Below the pieces are notes generated by a model. The model searched no databases. It was given only the letters and a program-made list of their open reading frames with translations, and was not told the DNA's origin. From an uncultured delta proteobacterium (lineage in GTDB: Bacteria > Desulfobacterota > Desulfobacteria > Desulfobacterales > QNYZ01): a stretch of DNA of 64,000 nt. Of the stretch, positions 1 through 10,802 are shown piece by piece (position 1 is the first letter of the stretch; each line of letters opens with the position of its first letter). Where the stretch lies: assembly GCA_963845145.1 (NCBI GenBank), contig CAWJQU010000003.1, positions 192,001-256,000 on the forward strand, given 5' to 3'. The translations under genes were made by a program, and so were the position numbers.

Positions 1-731
<731 letters not shown>

Positions 732-823
732 TTTTTCCATCCTCCCTGCATTGAATTAACAAAATCTCTAATTTTTTTCTTCCGGGCAGACTGGGGTCGG
801 CAAAACCGCCAGCCGTATGGTGA

Positions 824-900
824 TGGAGCCCACGACCGGAATCGAACCGGTGAACCTCTTCCTTACCAAGGAAGCGCTCTACCTACTGAGCTACGTGGGC
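824..900 (-). tRNA. tRNA-Thr(GGT)
   Basis: Reverse complement GCCCACGTAGCTCAGTAGGTAGAGCGCTTCCTTGGTAAGGAAGAGGTTCACCGGTTCGATTCCGGTCGTGGGCTCCA; cloverleaf, anticodon GGT, encoded CCA. Confidence 0.97.
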
Positions 901-1115
901 GAATCACATCGTTTATATTGATGGCATGATGGTATTGTGCGGCGCTCTTCGACATTTCTGGGAATTATGGCAAAATACCGGCTTTTATCCATATCAGAGT
1001 CGGGCATATTATCAAATCTTAAGGCCACGGATGTGTTTCTACGATTTGATCTTTTGCCTTTATCAACCTTAAAAAAAACCGACCTTATCCAAAAGCCTCC
1101 CTTACCGGATCGACT

Positions 1116-1191
1116 TGGAGCGGGAGACGAGGCTCGAACTCGCGACATTCAGCTTGGAAGGCTGAAGCTCTACCAACTGAGCTACTCCCGC
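1116..1191 (-). tRNA. tRNA-Gly(TCC)
   Basis: Reverse complement GCGGGAGTAGCTCAGTTGGTAGAGCTTCAGCCTTCCAAGCTGAATGTCGCGAGTTCGAGCCTCGTCTCCCGCTCCA; anticodon TCC. Confidence 0.97.
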
Positions 1192-1358
1192 TCGACACCA
1201 ACATTTACACCGCACTATCCCTCCCCCAGCTGGCTCCAGCTGGAGAAAACATAGGCACCCTCAAACAATATAGGGCATATTGGTGAGAAGCTACGTAGTC
1301 GTACCGATCCCGCCGTCAATAAACGAAATCTCCTACACTAAGCCACAAAACAACGATT

Positions 1359-1443
1359 TGGTGGTGGGGGGAGGATTTGAACCTCCGAAGGCGTCGCCGA
1401 CAGATTTACAGTCTGTTCCCTTTGACCACTCGGGAACCCCACC
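1359..1443 (-). tRNA. tRNA-Tyr(GTA)
   Basis: Reverse complement GGTGGGGTTCCCGAGTGGTCAAAGGGAACAGACTGTAAATCTGTCGGCGACGCCTTCGGAGGTTCAAATCCTCCCCCCACCACCA; long variable arm, anticodon GTA. Confidence 0.97.
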
Positions 1444-1469
1444 AAAAAATAGCAATATTTCTTTCATCC

Positions 1470-1545
1470 TGGAGCCAGCGAAGGGACTCGAACCCCCGAC
1501 CCACTGATTACAAATCAGTAGCTCTACCAACTGAGCTACGCTGGC
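1470..1545 (-). tRNA. tRNA-Thr(TGT)
   Basis: Reverse complement GCCAGCGTAGCTCAGTTGGTAGAGCTACTGATTTGTAATCAGTGGGTCGGGGGTTCGAGTCCCTTCGCTGGCTCCA; anticodon TGT. The order Thr-Tyr-Gly-Thr-tuf is the classic tufB operon. Confidence 0.97.
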
Positions 1546-1824
1546 AAAAAAGATTCATTACGCTCACTCAATCGATTAAACCTTATATTTATAACACGCC
1601 AATTTACCGATTTCAAGCTTTTATTTGATTTTATTTCGAATATTTTGGTCGGGATCGCTTTACTATAAATATGGTCCAGCCCACCTGGCAAGTGTCGCTT
1701 ATATTTTAGATCCGAGTATAAATTGCCTTATCGAGTGGTTTGGCTTACAATTGATCTCTTGACACGAACCGGAATCGTTGTGTACTCAAAAGAATCCCAA
1801 CAACATCAATTAGGTAAGAACACC

Positions 1825-3777
1825 ATGTCGATAAACCACCGTAAATGCGCAGACTTTATATCTCTAAAATGGATTGGCGTCTACATCTTTCTCGCTTGTT
1901 TCACGGCGACCGGATGCGCGACATCGATCCGTCATAAAGAGGCAGTATCACCACCAATCGCTGAAACCGACACCGTCGCCAAAACCGACACCGTCGCCAA
2001 AGAGGGCAAAGATCAATCCTCAGCCGAGAACCCCTCTTCCCTGAATTCCAAAAACCAGGATCCCATAAACAGCATCGATCATTCCAAAGATAAAAAAATT
2101 TCCAGTGAAGATCTGACGGCGGAACAGCCTGAGGTGTCAGAATCCGATACCTTGCTCAATACACAAGTGCCCACCTTGGTGGACGATCAAAATACATCGT
2201 CCGAAACCGAAAAAACGCCCCAGACCATATTGGATGAAGCCCTTGATTATTGTCAGCTCGCCCAAAATTTATGGGAACAGGGAGAGTTGGAATCCGCCCT
2301 TGAAGCACTTGACCAGGCTTATGCGTTCATCCTGGACCTTAATGATATTGACGCCCAGCCGAAATTGATTCAACAGAAGGAGGATCTACGCTTTCTTATC
2401 TCCCGACGTATTCTTGAGATCTATGCATCCCGTCATATTGTCGTCAATGGTGATTATAAGGCGATTCCCATTGAGATAAACAGCCATGTTCAGGCTGAGA
2501 TCGACCGGTTCACCAAGGGTGTTGAATTAAATTTCTTTAAAGCATCTTATAAACGTTCGGGGCGATACCGGCCTTACATTCTCAAGGAATTGAAAAAAGC
2601 CGGATTGCCGGAAGAATTATCCTGGTTGCCACTGATTGAAAGTGGTTATAAAGTCAATGCCTTGTCCAAAGCCAGGGCTCTGGGGCTTTGGCAGTTTATT
2701 CCCTCGACCGGCTACAAATTTGGCCTGACCCGTAATACCTATGTGGATAATCGCCTTGACCCGGCCAAAGCAACTCTGGCGGCCATCGCCTATTTAAAAG
2801 AACTTCATCAGATTTTTGGGGATTGGTCGACGGTTTTGGCCGCCTATAATTGTGGCGAAGGCCGCGTCCTACGTGAAATACGCGCTCAGAATATTAACTA
2901 TTTAGACAATTTTTGGGATTTATACGCGCGCTTGCCACGCGAAACCGCCCGATATGTACCACGATTTATCGCAACCCTTCACATTTTGAACAACCCGACC
3001 AAATATGGCCTTGATGCCATCACCGTCGACACCCCTCTCACGTACGAAACCACCACAATTGCAAAACGGGCACATTTGCAACAGCTGGCCAAAGCGATCG
3101 GCGTCTCACAGAAATCACTTCAAGACCTGAACCCCGAGCTAAGATACCAGATCACCCCGCCTGAAGCCTACGCCCTTAAAATTCCCAGCGGCAAAGGAGC
3201 GGCGCTTTTATCCGCTATAGACAGCATCCCTGCCTATCGACCGCCCCAACCCAAATATGTGTATCATCGGGTTCGTCGGGGAGAAACCGTATCAACCATT
3301 GCGCGCAAGTACCGCACATCCGCCCGGCGCATCGCCCAGGCCAACCGGCTAAACCGTCGATATACCATCGTGGCCGGAAAAAGGTTGAAAATTCCCGTCA
3401 AAGGGTCGATGGCCGCTATTAAAACGAACCAACCGCCTAGAAAAAAGGTTGCCACTGCCAATACCCGTCATCGGGTTCGCAAAGGGGATTCCCTTTGGAA
3501 TATCGCCCGGCGCTACCGCACTACGGTACATGACATCAAGCAACTCAACCGTCTGAAAGGCACTGCACTTTCCATCGGCCAGGAACTAAAAATAAAGGGC
3601 ACGCCCAAGGCATCCCAGCCCAGCAAAAAAGGATTAAAGGCCTACCGCGTCAGATCCGGAGATAGTCCTTATCAAATTGCCAGGCGCAATAGTATGTCGT
3701 TGGCCAGTTTTCTGCAGATCAACCGCCTGACTCCCCGCAGTAAAATCTATCCCGGGCAGAAAGTATACATTGAATAA
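1825..3777 (+). CDS. MltD-like lytic murein transglycosylase with three LysM domains (probable lipoprotein)
   Basis: SLT motifs LPLIESGY, ALGLWQFIPSTG, AAYNCGEG; three LysM repeats (HRVRRGET, HRVRKGDS, YRVRSGDS); lipobox-like TATGC. Start placed at ATG 1825 rather than TTG 1723. Confidence 0.9.
   Translation: MSINHRKCADFISLKWIGVYIFLACFTATGCATSIRHKEAVSPPIAETDTVAKTDTVAKEGKDQSSAENPSSLNSKNQDPINSIDHSKDKKISSEDLTAEQPEVSESDTLLNTQVPTLVDDQNTSSETEKTPQTILDEALDYCQLAQNLWEQGELESALEALDQAYAFILDLNDIDAQPKLIQQKEDLRFLISRRILEIYASRHIVVNGDYKAIPIEINSHVQAEIDRFTKGVELNFFKASYKRSGRYRPYILKELKKAGLPEELSWLPLIESGYKVNALSKARALGLWQFIPSTGYKFGLTRNTYVDNRLDPAKATLAAIAYLKELHQIFGDWSTVLAAYNCGEGRVLREIRAQNINYLDNFWDLYARLPRETARYVPRFIATLHILNNPTKYGLDAITVDTPLTYETTTIAKRAHLQQLAKAIGVSQKSLQDLNPELRYQITPPEAYALKIPSGKGAALLSAIDSIPAYRPPQPKYVYHRVRRGETVSTIARKYRTSARRIAQANRLNRRYTIVAGKRLKIPVKGSMAAIKTNQPPRKKVATANTRHRVRKGDSLWNIARRYRTTVHDIKQLNRLKGTALSIGQELKIKGTPKASQPSKKGLKAYRVRSGDSPYQIARRNSMSLASFLQINRLTPRSKIYPGQKVYIE
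1963..2001 (+). repeat. 18-bp in-frame tandem duplication in the MltD linker
   Basis: gaaaccgacaccgtcgcc-aaaaccgacaccgtcgcc-aaa encodes ETDTVA-KTDTVA-K. Confidence 0.85.
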
Positions 3778-3789
3778 AAACGGTTTTAC

Positions 3790-4569
3790 CTAAGCTGAGC
3801 GCTTAGGTGTAAGTAACAAGCTTTCGACCAGCGAATTGATAACGGACTTTGCTTTGCCGGCAGTTTCAAAAGGTGATACCCCGGATAAGTCCGCCTCGAT
3901 CAACGCGTCATCATAGGGCAGAAAACCCATAAACTCAAAATCATTTAAATGTTCGCGCAGAAAAGCTTCGTCTTTGGGGTTGCGTATTTTGTTGCCGATA
4001 ATCGCAATCTGGGTCAAACCGATCTCGCCGGCCAACCCGCGTATATGATTGGCCGTATCGATACTTCGACGACCGGGTTCCACGACCACTATAAGTTTAT
4101 CTACGGCCTGGGCCGTTCCCCGGCCCAGGTGTTCGATACCGGCCTCCATATCCATAACCACCACTTCATCACGCGCCAAAACAACATGCATCACCAAAGC
4201 GCGTAGCAATGTACTCTCAGGGCAAATACATCCGGCCCCCCCTTTTTTAACGCCCCCCAGCCGCATCAGTTTGATTTTGTTTAATCGAGCGGAGAGCGCG
4301 TCGGGCAGATCATCGACTTGAGGATTCAACTTAAAGAACCCGCCGATCCCCCCCGGTTGGGCGCCGGTCCGCTCCAGGATCAGATCGGTCATATCGGCAA
4401 TAGGGGTGATCTTATCGGCATCGGGAATACCCACGGCTGCAGCCAGATTGGCATCCGGATCAGCGTCAATAGCCAACACGCGCTTGCCCATCTCGTCCAG
4501 GGTTCGAATCAATAGGGATGCGAAGGTCGTTTTGCCAACCCCGCCTTTACCACTAACAGCAATTTTCAT
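3790..4569 (-). CDS. cooC: CO dehydrogenase/ACS nickel-insertion ATPase (CooC/AcsF family)
   Basis: GKGGVGKTT deviant Walker A, IDADPDANL, Ni-binding GCICP, MDMEAGIEHLGRGT. Confidence 0.9.
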   Translation of the reverse strand: MKIAVSGKGGVGKTTFASLLIRTLDEMGKRVLAIDADPDANLAAAVGIPDADKITPIADMTDLILERTGAQPGGIGGFFKLNPQVDDLPDALSARLNKIKLMRLGGVKKGGAGCICPESTLLRALVMHVVLARDEVVVMDMEAGIEHLGRGTAQAVDKLIVVVEPGRRSIDTANHIRGLAGEIGLTQIAIIGNKIRNPKDEAFLREHLNDFEFMGFLPYDDALIEADLSGVSPFETAGKAKSVINSLVESLLLTPKRSA

Positions 4570-4830
4570 GATCTCCTCATATAATTATTTGAGAAAAGGT
4601 GTCGATTCGCTTGTTGTTGCCCTCGCAATATAATACCATTTTATTATGGGGCAAGAAAACAGGCCTATCCGTTTTGCATGCTTGACCTCGGTGTGGTATG
4701 CGGCCTTTTAATTTATTGGGATTGCCGGTGCGGTTGCCGGTGACAAGGCCCTGAGGATATCACACAATTTTTCATTCTGTGTCAGGTTAATTGCTTTGGA
4801 ATTTTCTAATCCGATCATTAAAGGAAACAG

Positions 4831-6843
4831 ATGCTATCTGCGCCAACACCCACTACCGAAAATAACAGTCAGGTAGTGCCGGCGATTCTCGCTCCGGCCG
4901 GAAATCGCGACACCTTCCTGGCAGCGCTGGCGGCTGGCGCTGATGCTATATATTGCGGGTTGAAACAATATTCCGCCCGCATGGCGGCCAAGAACTTCAC
5001 CATTGAAACCCTCAAGCCCCTGGTAGATCTTGCCCATGATCAATCTGTGGAAGTCTATATCGCTTTAAACAGCCTTATAAAACCTCAGGAGCTGGATGCC
5101 GCTCTGTCCATTATCGATCAATTGCAGCAAACAATACAGCCGGAGGCCCTGATTATTCAGGACCTTGCCCTGGTTAAACTCGCCCGACAAGCCGGATTTA
5201 CCGGCCAGTTGCATTTATCCACCCTGGCCAACGCGAGTTTTCCAGCAGGTTTGCAGCCCATTCATGCATCTTTGGGCATTGACCGGGTCGTCATACCCCG
5301 GGAACTATCCATCGATGAGGTTAAACCCATGGCAGAGGCCTGTCCTTCAGGGCTTGACCTGGAAATATTCGTCCACGGCGCTTTATGCTACGCCGTTTCA
5401 GGACGGTGCTACTGGAGCAGCTACCTGGGCGGTAAAAGCGGGCTACGCGGTCGCTGTGTCCAACCTTGTCGGAGGAAGTTTTCCCAAAAGGAAAACCGCA
5501 ACCGGTTTTTTGCCTGTCGTGATTTGAGCCTTGATGTTCTGGTTAAGGTCATCCGATCCATCAAGAAGGTAAAAGCCTGGAAGATCGAAGGGCGTAAAAA
5601 AGGGCCGCATTATGTATACTATACAGTATCGGCCTACCGCATGCTTCGCGACGAAGGGATCGATGCCAAAATACGCCGCGATGCGGTCCAATTATTGGAA
5701 CGGTCTCTGGGGCGTCCCGGTACCCATTACCACTTTCTGCCCCAACACCCGCACAACCCGATCGATTTAAAAAGCCGGACTGGATCGGGACTGATGATCG
5801 GCAGCACACAGGGTCCCGCACGTCGACCCTATGTCAGACTTCGCGAGCCCCTGTTTAAACGGGATGTCATTCGGGTGGGGTACGAAGATGAGCCGTGGCA
5901 TCAGCAGGTTCAGGTGAATCGCTCGGTCCCTTCCAAAGGGCAATTCAACCTGAGAATAAAAGACGGCAAACCACCTCCCAAGGGAACCCCCGTCTTTTTA
6001 ACGGATCGACGGGAACCGGCCTTAATGGAAATGATTAACAGCCTGGAAAAGAAGCTGGCCGACCCGATGGCCGCCACTCACGGTCAACCCATGATCCAGG
6101 CCAAGCTACCGCAACCAGCAACAAAATGGGGTAATAAAAGGGAATCAACCATTTACGCCTCACTACCCAACGAGACGCTATCGCCGGGAACGGGCATCTG
6201 GCTTTTTTCGATAAACGTGTCCAAATTATCCGATCGATCGCTTAAAAACTTATGGTTCTGGCTGCCACCGACGATTTGGCCTCAAACCGAAGATAAAATA
6301 AGGGATCATATTGAAACGGTTCTGTCACACGGTGCCCGTCAATTCGTATTAAATGCACCCTGGCAGACCGCCCTCTTTCCGGAAACCACTCAGAAATCAA
6401 AAAAACTGGCTCTCTGGGCCGGCCCTTTTTGCAACCTGGCCAATCCCCTTGCCTTTGAGACGCTGGTCGATCTGGGATTCAGGGGTGCTATCGTCAGTCC
6501 GGAGTTGGATAAGGCCGCCTGCCTTGATTTACCGAGAAGGAGCCCCCTTCCCCTGGGAATTGTGGTGTCGGGAAACTGGCCCTTGTGCCTTTCCCGAATC
6601 GTCTCCGATGAGCTGGCTGTGGGGCAGAACTTCTTGAGCCCCAAACGGGAATCTGCCTGGGTGACCCCCCATGATGACATGTACTGGATATACCCCAACT
6701 GGCCCATCGATCTGACCGATCAGCGGGCCTTACTTCATCAGGCGGGGTATCGGCTCTTAATCCATATGAACGATCCGCCGCCAAAGGGCATACAATTAAA
6801 AAAACGAGCCGGGTGGTGGAACTGGTCTATTGGGCTAAAATGA
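4831..6843 (+). CDS. Peptidase U32 family protein (long, RlhA-like rRNA hydroxylation type)
   Basis: LAPAG, GADAIYCG, EIFVHGALCYAVSGRC, RGRCVQPCRR, KIEGRKK motifs. Confidence 0.88.
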   Translation: MLSAPTPTTENNSQVVPAILAPAGNRDTFLAALAAGADAIYCGLKQYSARMAAKNFTIETLKPLVDLAHDQSVEVYIALNSLIKPQELDAALSIIDQLQQTIQPEALIIQDLALVKLARQAGFTGQLHLSTLANASFPAGLQPIHASLGIDRVVIPRELSIDEVKPMAEACPSGLDLEIFVHGALCYAVSGRCYWSSYLGGKSGLRGRCVQPCRRKFSQKENRNRFFACRDLSLDVLVKVIRSIKKVKAWKIEGRKKGPHYVYYTVSAYRMLRDEGIDAKIRRDAVQLLERSLGRPGTHYHFLPQHPHNPIDLKSRTGSGLMIGSTQGPARRPYVRLREPLFKRDVIRVGYEDEPWHQQVQVNRSVPSKGQFNLRIKDGKPPPKGTPVFLTDRREPALMEMINSLEKKLADPMAATHGQPMIQAKLPQPATKWGNKRESTIYASLPNETLSPGTGIWLFSINVSKLSDRSLKNLWFWLPPTIWPQTEDKIRDHIETVLSHGARQFVLNAPWQTALFPETTQKSKKLALWAGPFCNLANPLAFETLVDLGFRGAIVSPELDKAACLDLPRRSPLPLGIVVSGNWPLCLSRIVSDELAVGQNFLSPKRESAWVTPHDDMYWIYPNWPIDLTDQRALLHQAGYRLLIHMNDPPPKGIQLKKRAGWWNWSIGLK

Positions 6844-6850
6844 GCGCCTA

Positions 6851-7008
6851 AGGGTTCGCGCAAAAATAAGTTCACAATTTTAGGCGTTGAGGCGCCCGCC
6901 TGGCAAGGCGTGAAAGTGCAGGAATATCGAGATATTCCGAGCTTTCACAACGTCGCCAGACGGGATGCATCGGCGTATAAAATGTGAAATTATTTTTTCG
7001 CGAGCCCT
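6851..7008. repeat. ~157-bp imperfect palindrome, MITE/REP-like intergenic element
   Basis: AGGGTTCGCGCAAAAATAAGTTCACAATTTTA at the left end pairs with TAAAATGTGAAATTATTTTTTCGCGAGCCCT at the right; pairing continues inward to the centre GGAATATC-GA-GATATTCC (6921-6938). Confidence 0.85.
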
Positions 7009-7112
7009 GAGGAAAGAGGAGAGCCTGTGCAACCACTTCAAATGATCATGCACACCTCTTAGTCAAGTCGATTTAAACCTTGGACCGGACATGTGGTGGA
7101 TATCTCATGGGT

Positions 7113-7586
7113 TTAGCCCACGATATAGGTCCCCGTGCCCACGGCGATTAACAAATCCGCATCGTTGTGCAATTCCATCCGTGTAACCGAAACCTTCCGA
7201 CCTGTTCGCATCATTTTGCTACGGGCATAGAAACGTGTCCCCTTCCCGGGCCTGAGATAATCGATCCGCAGATCGATGGTTCCGATCCGGGCCAGCCGAT
7301 TGGCCATCTCCTCTTGGGTGGCACCGATCATCTGATTCAGGACACTTATCGAGGCCAACATGCCCCCGGTTGTATCCAACACCGCGGAGATAACCCCGCC
7401 ATGCAAAATTTGAAGTTGATAGTTTCCCACCAGATCGTCTCGCCGACCAAAGCCGATAACGGCCTCTTCCAAGGTCAAAGATTCGACCTGCAAGCCCAAC
7501 ACACGATTAAAGGGAATCCGGTCTTCATAAACCGTGATGGTCATTTCAATCAAAGAATCTATTTCTTCAATCATATTATTTTTCAC
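7113..7586 (-). CDS. PaaI/hotdog-fold thioesterase
   Basis: LVGN...LHGGVISAVLD, GTIDLRIDYLRPG motifs. Confidence 0.9.
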   Translation of the reverse strand: MKNNMIEEIDSLIEMTITVYEDRIPFNRVLGLQVESLTLEEAVIGFGRRDDLVGNYQLQILHGGVISAVLDTTGGMLASISVLNQMIGATQEEMANRLARIGTIDLRIDYLRPGKGTRFYARSKMMRTGRKVSVTRMELHNDADLLIAVGTGTYIVG

Positions 7587-8809
7587 TATTTCTTAATCCA
7601 GGGTGGCACCTGAAACTTCCCATGGGGATAGGGGGTGAGCGGCGGATCGGTATAGATCGGCTGCAATTCACCCCCTTGGACCTGGTAATGAACCACCGGT
7701 GCGCCAGCTTGGGCACGCAGGACATTATCTTGGTCCCACATGATCTGACCCAGTTCGCCCTTATAGCCATTTTTCTTGATAAAAGCGTTCACGGCCTTGA
7801 AATCATAGGCATCTCCCACGTTTACCACTGCATTGGCCCATGCCTTTACGGCAGTGTAGGCAATCCAGGCGCCCGCCGGAACCTGATGCTTATAGAGGCT
7901 CACGAATTTATCGACCCAGGCTTGTGCGGCTGCATTGGGCGACTTGGGACCCGGCAGCCCGCTGGGCATCTCACCCACAATACCGTCAGCGGATTTACCC
8001 AGCGTGCCGACCACTTCACGTGGGGTTATACCCCACCCCAGGCTGATAATCGCGTTGGCCGGTTTTTTAAGGAACTGCTGGATAAAAGTAATATTTTCCT
8101 GGCCACTCGGGATTTCGACGTGTATGAGGGCCGGTTTGATTCTACGAATCTGGGACAAAAGAACACCCCACTCATTGGTACCGTAAGGAACGGTCTCACG
8201 TTTGGATACTTTCCAGCCGGTCTCTTTGAAGCTGGCTTCCAGGGTATCACCGACTTCAAGCCCCCAGGCATCGTCGGTATTGATGATCACGACTTTCTTG
8301 TTGGGGTATTCGTAAGGTAGCGCCATCAGTGCCCGAAACATGCTCTTGGCCTGCTCAATGCCGACGTCGGTGGTCTGATAGATATTGTAATATTTAGCAG
8401 GATCTTCTTTAAAGACATTCACCGCTGCCTGTGAGCCGTCGTCGGCAAAAAAGGGCGCGTCATATTTACCGTAGGACCGAACATCCTGGCCCCATCCCGC
8501 CCAGCCGGCATGCACCGAGGCCACCTTCTTTTGACCGCAAAGATAATCGGCCGCCTGCATGACCACTTCAGGCTCAAACCCTTTTGAATCAAAACGGATA
8601 ATTTCAAGTTGTTTACCCAGCAGACCGCCCGACATGTTGATCTCGTCGATGGCCATTTTGATGCCTTTAAAATAGTCGGCACCGGAGCCTGCAGCCCAAC
8701 CGGTCATGGGAATGGGAACCCCGACAGGAATGGTTTCAGCAGCCATAGCCCAAGAACCAAGCATCAGACACATTGCGGCAATAAATGAAATTAAACGGCT
8801 CCTTTTCAT
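7586..8809 (-). CDS. Branched-chain amino acid-type (LivJ/K-like) ABC substrate-binding protein
   Basis: Signal peptide; IPVGVPIPMTG...G...MAIDEIN..GGLLGK pattern; end of a livGFHM-like cluster. Confidence 0.88.
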   Translation of the reverse strand: MKRSRLISFIAAMCLMLGSWAMAAETIPVGVPIPMTGWAAGSGADYFKGIKMAIDEINMSGGLLGKQLEIIRFDSKGFEPEVVMQAADYLCGQKKVASVHAGWAGWGQDVRSYGKYDAPFFADDGSQAAVNVFKEDPAKYYNIYQTTDVGIEQAKSMFRALMALPYEYPNKKVVIINTDDAWGLEVGDTLEASFKETGWKVSKRETVPYGTNEWGVLLSQIRRIKPALIHVEIPSGQENITFIQQFLKKPANAIISLGWGITPREVVGTLGKSADGIVGEMPSGLPGPKSPNAAAQAWVDKFVSLYKHQVPAGAWIAYTAVKAWANAVVNVGDAYDFKAVNAFIKKNGYKGELGQIMWDQDNVLRAQAGAPVVHYQVQGGELQPIYTDPPLTPYPHGKFQVPPWIKK

Positions 8810-8881
8810 ATTACACCTCCCTTTTCATAGAAATTAATGGAACTGTTTATCTTTTAGACGGTCCCCATACAGAACTCAACT

Positions 8882-9838
8882 TTAAGCTTTAGCATCTGAT
8901 CGTTTTCGAAACAGGCCAATAACGCCGTCTGGAAGCGCCAGAACCAAGATGACCACCAAAGCACCCATGGTTACCGCCCGATATGCGCCCAAAGGCGCCA
9001 TCAGCTCACTGCCTGCTACCACCAGAAAAGCGCCAATGATGGCGCCGGGAAAGTGCCCAAGGCCGCCCACCAGCATCATGACCATCAATATACTAAACAG
9101 ATCCAGGTCGAGCATGCGAAAAGAGAGCACCCCATAAAAATGGCCGTAGAACGCCCCGATAATGCCTGTCAGACATGAGGTCAGAGCAAAAACGCCCAAC
9201 TTATATTTAAAGGCATTGATTCCAAGGCTCATGGCAAAATCCTTAGAATCTTTAATGGCCAGAAACGCGACTCCCCAGTAGGATTTAATCACAAACATAA
9301 TAATCAGTGCGCAAGTGAGGGATACTAAAAGTGTTAAATAAAAAGTAGGGACAATATTGGCGGAACTGAAGTTATAGCCGAAAAGGCTGATGGGGGGGAT
9401 GGTCAGCAGTCCAACAGATCCACCGGAGCCTATTGCAAGGCCGATCTTACCCCTTAATATCGGTTGCAGGGCCATGTGTACCCCAAATGTCACAAGTGCC
9501 ACATAAGGTCCTTCCAACCTAAGGCAGGGAAGCCCCACCAGAACGCCCATGCCGGCCGTAAAGACACCGGCAATCAGAATGGACAACACCGGTGTCAGAT
9601 GATGCTCAATGGAAAGAATACCGGAACAATAAGCGCCCATGACGAAAAAGGCCACCTGCCCAAAAGAAAAAATCCCGGCAAACCCCATGATCAAATCCCA
9701 GCAGGAGGCCACCACCGCCCAGATGAGACACATGATCAAAATGTTCATGATGAATTTAATGTCTCCCACAAAGACAGGCAAGATCGCCATAATCGCATAG
9801 GAAACACCGATAATCATCGCCATATGTTTTAATCGCAT
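8882..9838 (-). CDS. Liv-type ABC permease (LivM-like)
   Basis: WDLIMGFAGIFSFGQVAFF, LRLEGPYVALVT, GGLGHFPGAIIGA. Confidence 0.9.
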   Translation of the reverse strand: MRLKHMAMIIGVSYAIMAILPVFVGDIKFIMNILIMCLIWAVVASCWDLIMGFAGIFSFGQVAFFVMGAYCSGILSIEHHLTPVLSILIAGVFTAGMGVLVGLPCLRLEGPYVALVTFGVHMALQPILRGKIGLAIGSGGSVGLLTIPPISLFGYNFSSANIVPTFYLTLLVSLTCALIIMFVIKSYWGVAFLAIKDSKDFAMSLGINAFKYKLGVFALTSCLTGIIGAFYGHFYGVLSFRMLDLDLFSILMVMMLVGGLGHFPGAIIGAFLVVAGSELMAPLGAYRAVTMGALVVILVLALPDGVIGLFRKRSDAKA

Positions 9839-9844
9839 ACCTTA

Positions 9845-10750
9845 TTACCCGCCTTTTCCCATCAGCCCTTTCGGTCGCAATGTCAGCGTTGCCAGCAAAA
9901 GAATAAAAAGCGCAATAATGCCGTAGCTCATTCCGAACAGCCAGCCCACAAAGGCCTCCATCATGCCAATAATAAAAGCGGCATAAAGCCCACCGCGGAT
10001 AGAACCCATACCACCGAAGGCGGTGACCACCCAGGCTTTGATCATGATGATGCCGCCCGAGTTGGGGTTGATAAACCATTTTTGGCTCAACAGTATTCCC
10101 CCAAACCCCACCATAACCGTTGAGATAGCAAAGGTGGCGGCGAAAATGCGCTCCTTGGGAATACCCACAATTTTAGCCCCGATGGGATTCTGAGCAACGG
10201 CCTTTACCGCCATGCCGGTGCGGGTGTTGTTTAACATCCAGCCAAACAGAAGGATGCCACCCAGTGACATGACAAAAATCATGATATCCTGGTAGGCGAA
10301 GACCAATTGGCCGACTTCAAGGGTTCCCTCCAGGATGGGGGGTAACGATTTCATTTTAACGCCGAAGACTACCATATAAAGGCTGGACAGAAAAAGGGCC
10401 AGGCCCAGGGTCAGCATCATGACCTTGTTTTCCCAATCATCGCGCTTTCTTAAGGGTGCCACCAGAAATTTTTCCAACCCATATCCAACGATAAACATAA
10501 GCGGCATCACAATAATCAGAATCATGAGGTAACCGCCGAACTGAAGGCCCAGCCCAAAGATCAGGATCCATGCAAAATAACCGCCCATGTTAAAAAAATC
10601 TCCATAGGCGAAATTAAAAGCCTTGGTCACACCATAGACCAGGGTCATCCCCACCGCCATGAGGGCATATACGGAACCGGTGGATAACCCCGCGATAATC
10701 ACGTCAATGATTTCATACAACAATAAAGTTGTATCTTCACTTAAGATCAT
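9845..10750 (-). CDS. Liv-type ABC permease (LivH-like)
   Basis: GLSTGSVYALMAVGMTLVYG..FNFAYG, GGMGSIRG. Start uncertain (ATG 10750 or TTG 10780). Confidence 0.9.
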   Translation of the reverse strand: MILSEDTTLLLYEIIDVIIAGLSTGSVYALMAVGMTLVYGVTKAFNFAYGDFFNMGGYFAWILIFGLGLQFGGYLMILIIVMPLMFIVGYGLEKFLVAPLRKRDDWENKVMMLTLGLALFLSSLYMVVFGVKMKSLPPILEGTLEVGQLVFAYQDIMIFVMSLGGILLFGWMLNNTRTGMAVKAVAQNPIGAKIVGIPKERIFAATFAISTVMVGFGGILLSQKWFINPNSGGIIMIKAWVVTAFGGMGSIRGGLYAAFIIGMMEAFVGWLFGMSYGIIALFILLLATLTLRPKGLMGKGG

Positions 10751-10802
10751 GGTGTCTTGCGCCGTTTGAGCAAAAGGCAATCGTATACAATGGACCTGGG
10801 GC

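Noticed and set aside
1226..1245. Palindromes CCAGCTGG and CTCCAGCTGGAG in the tRNA spacer
   Set aside because: Short, not seen elsewhere in the window, and no function can be supported.
824..1545. tRNA cluster as an integration site for an island or prophage
   Set aside because: No integrase and no duplicated tRNA 3' end seen in the window.
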